From contig NW_027362763.1 in the NCBI RefSeq assembly GCF_046119375.1, forward strand, positions 274,846,001 through 274,910,000: DNA of 64,000 nt, read 5' to 3'. Shown here piece by piece: positions 63,101-64,000 of this stretch. Source of the DNA: Phyllobates terribilis. Its lineage: Eukaryota. The notes beneath the pieces were generated by a model that did not search any database, was not told the origin of the DNA, and saw only the letters and a list, made by a program, of their open reading frames with translations. The position numbers and the translations under genes were made by a program. The first letter of the stretch is position 1, and every line of letters starts with the position of its first letter.

Positions 63101-63792
63101 TCATCATCACCCTGTGCGTTATCACACCCGTCGTCCTCAGAGCCAACCTGTTCCTGCCCTGACAAAAAACTAAAGTTGTCGCTCCAATCAGGTATTTGAG
63201 TCTTATCATCGTCTTCCTCATTGTCTCCACCAACAGGAGTTACAGTTTGGGAATGAGGGTCTACATTACGGTCAGAACCTTCTGCGTCTGGTCCTGGATC
63301 CGACTCATAAAGATTCTGGGCATCAGTGCAGATCATTTCCTCGTCTGGATTCACAGAAGCGCTGGAGTCGACCTCTGATTCCCAGGCTATAGTATGAGTA
63401 AACAGCTCTGCAGACTCAACCATCTGTTCTACCTCATACTCAGACGGGCAGCTGGAGATTTGGGAGCTGTGAGGAAGCAAGTTAGATTTGGGTGACACCT
63501 TTGAGGACTGGAGTATTTGTGATGTTGAAGTTGATGTGGAGGAGAGCCCACTTAAAGGAGCACTTGATATCCGTTGAAGCACCTGCTGTTTTTGTGCCTC
63601 ATCTGGAATTTGTAGCGATTGGCGTGGCCGTAAGAAAGGGATCTTATCACATTGTCCGCTAAAAGAAGTAGACATTTTAGTTTGGCTGGAAGATGGTCTT
63701 TCTTCTGCACCTACCCCACGGACACAACCTTTTTTCCCCTTCCCAACACGCCTATTCCCCTTTCCACCAGCAGCAGGCCTTTTTCCACTCAT
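60112..63792 (-). CDS. Intact hAT transposase (BED zinc finger, DDE core, hATC dimerisation domain), 1226 aa
   Basis: Uninterrupted ORF with BED CNIC..RHMDMKH, catalytic FTTDTW and VCDNAAN, CxxH (CMAH), TRWNS, and SCPAASVLSERVFSAAGG..LTFIKMN. Confidence 0.95.
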   Translation of the reverse strand: MSGKRPAAGGKGNRRVGKGKKGCVRGVGAEERPSSSQTKMSTSFSGQCDKIPFLRPRQSLQIPDEAQKQQVLQRISSAPLSGLSSTSTSTSQILQSSKVSPKSNLLPHSSQISSCPSEYEVEQMVESAELFTHTIAWESEVDSSASVNPDEEMICTDAQNLYESDPGPDAEGSDRNVDPHSQTVTPVGGDNEEDDDKTQIPDWSDNFSFLSGQEQVGSEDDGCDNAQGDDDEVGDPTYCQPTVSQEMRSAEEVEEDASDDEVRLRLPGQRRSTGSTSTTASSNTTLPLTTSRGGSSGRMGAKPCIAWAFFQINKDDPTRVICNICQQKLSRGQKIHSLSTSCMNRHMDMKHKLQWEAQCATMRPSRLGQPPSAISCASAASSSSVTGGTAVTPVLGRRPATSLPATASVIGRSSFSLEVVTPAGLERCPTSIAPPLDQGNLTCPPASSSQTGSLPGTPLSTPSKHNSQPSVAQMWTSKRPFPPSHEKAKRLNFTICKLLATEMLPFRLVDTEDFRDLMSVAVPQYQMPSRHYFSKKDVPALHQHVAHNHTASLRNSVCDRVHFTTDTWTSRHGQGRYMSLTGHWVTMVTARQGAAVQVLPSPRVVRQSSLCQSSSTASASSTSSRSSTCTQSLSGHATSFLTAQKGSCTPPYYAGSRAQRHQAVFTLKCLGNVSHTAEELWSALENQFHEWLSPLDLKPGKAVCDNAANLGAALRRGNVTHVPCMAHVLNLVVQQFLAHYPRLDGLLQRARSLCAHFRRSHSAAQRLTSLQKSLGLPLHRLKCDVPTRWNSTLHMLQRLWQHRQALVQYVLTYSLGQRDSEVGQITLEEWSQIRDLCTLLHSFEMATKMFSADDAIISMTIPVIYMLEHMLNRIRSQVVAQEEVEEVEEEELYAEGLTSARSRRSAAPRRQACEGGGDDFTRAHGSSQTSEEGAGAQEEVEDELMEDSSDEGDLDHISVVRGWGERTEEGSMIVTSPPTQQGLGAPGCATHMSAFLLHYLQHDPRIVRIRNNPDYWVATLLDPRYKSKFAEIIPAIERDARMQEYQQRLLQNLTCAFPQNTSGARSESHSSNLPSVGPSSVQHSNRNRTTVSAGNINFAESFHHFFSPSFARPQETRSLTHSQRLETMVQEYLQVNIEATTVSLDPCSFWASNLDKWPELATYALEILSCPAASVLSERVFSAAGGVLTDKRTRLSTDNVDRLTFIKMNKSWIRNDFSTPVSSWGE

Positions 63793-63905
63793 TTTGGTGG
63801 TTAACTAATTCACAACTCTGGAGTTGTTTGCACAAAAAAACAATGGATGGTAACCGAGCAGAGCTGAGTGGCCAAACTGTGGTATTAGGCCAAAACTATT
63901 GGCTG

Positions 63906-64000
63906 GGTTAGATGCAGAAAAAAATTATTTTTAATTTGCAACCTGATGGAGGTCAGTATAGATGGACTAATAGACCAAGTCCCACACACCGCTAGAAGCC
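63906..64000. repeat. Start of the 110-bp satellite array of copy B
   Basis: Same unit, at the same position (~113 bp) upstream of the transposase ATG as in copy A. Confidence 0.92.

Larger units (their letters stand above)
55638..64000 (-). mobile_element. Large hAT DNA transposon, copy B (continues past window)
   Basis: TIR TAGTGTTGAGC at 55638 (preceded by ATCTCTAA), dense GTTCG/CGAAC motifs at 55660-55740, an intact transposase, and the start of the same 110-bp array at about 63906. Confidence 0.88.

Noticed and set aside
60112-63792. Domesticated ZBED host gene
   Set aside because: It has a TIR, subterminal motifs and near-identical decayed paralogs, so it behaves as a transposon ORF. 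No gene symbol was assigned.

Overview
This is repeat-dense vertebrate genomic DNA, most likely from a frog. That assignment is an inference from the embedded 18S variable region and the transposon families. No host protein-coding gene, prokaryotic gene or CRISPR array can be supported. Two same-orientation copies of a large hAT DNA transposon bracket the window. Copy A (1-18852) has a transposase broken by nonsense codons and a ~14.9 kb internal 110-bp satellite with higher-order structure. Copy B (55638-64000) has an intact 1226-aa BED/DDE/hATC transposase. Its 3' subterminal region carries an 18S rRNA fragment, an L1 RT fragment split by a solo LTR, a partial transposase duplicate and a Tc1 element. 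Between the two copies lie two more Tc1 relics, a third decayed hAT (27275-36590) that also carries 18S-derived modules, several hAT MITEs, a TTAA (piggyBac-like) MITE and further solo LTRs. There is also a young Pol-less LTR element (41001-47404) with ~2.0-2.2 kb VNTR-rich LTRs, an intact Gag(DUF4939)-plus-57-aa-repeat ORF and a Tf1/sushi-type self-priming signature instead of a tRNA PBS. Coordinates were read by eye, so the ends of degenerate elements are approximate.
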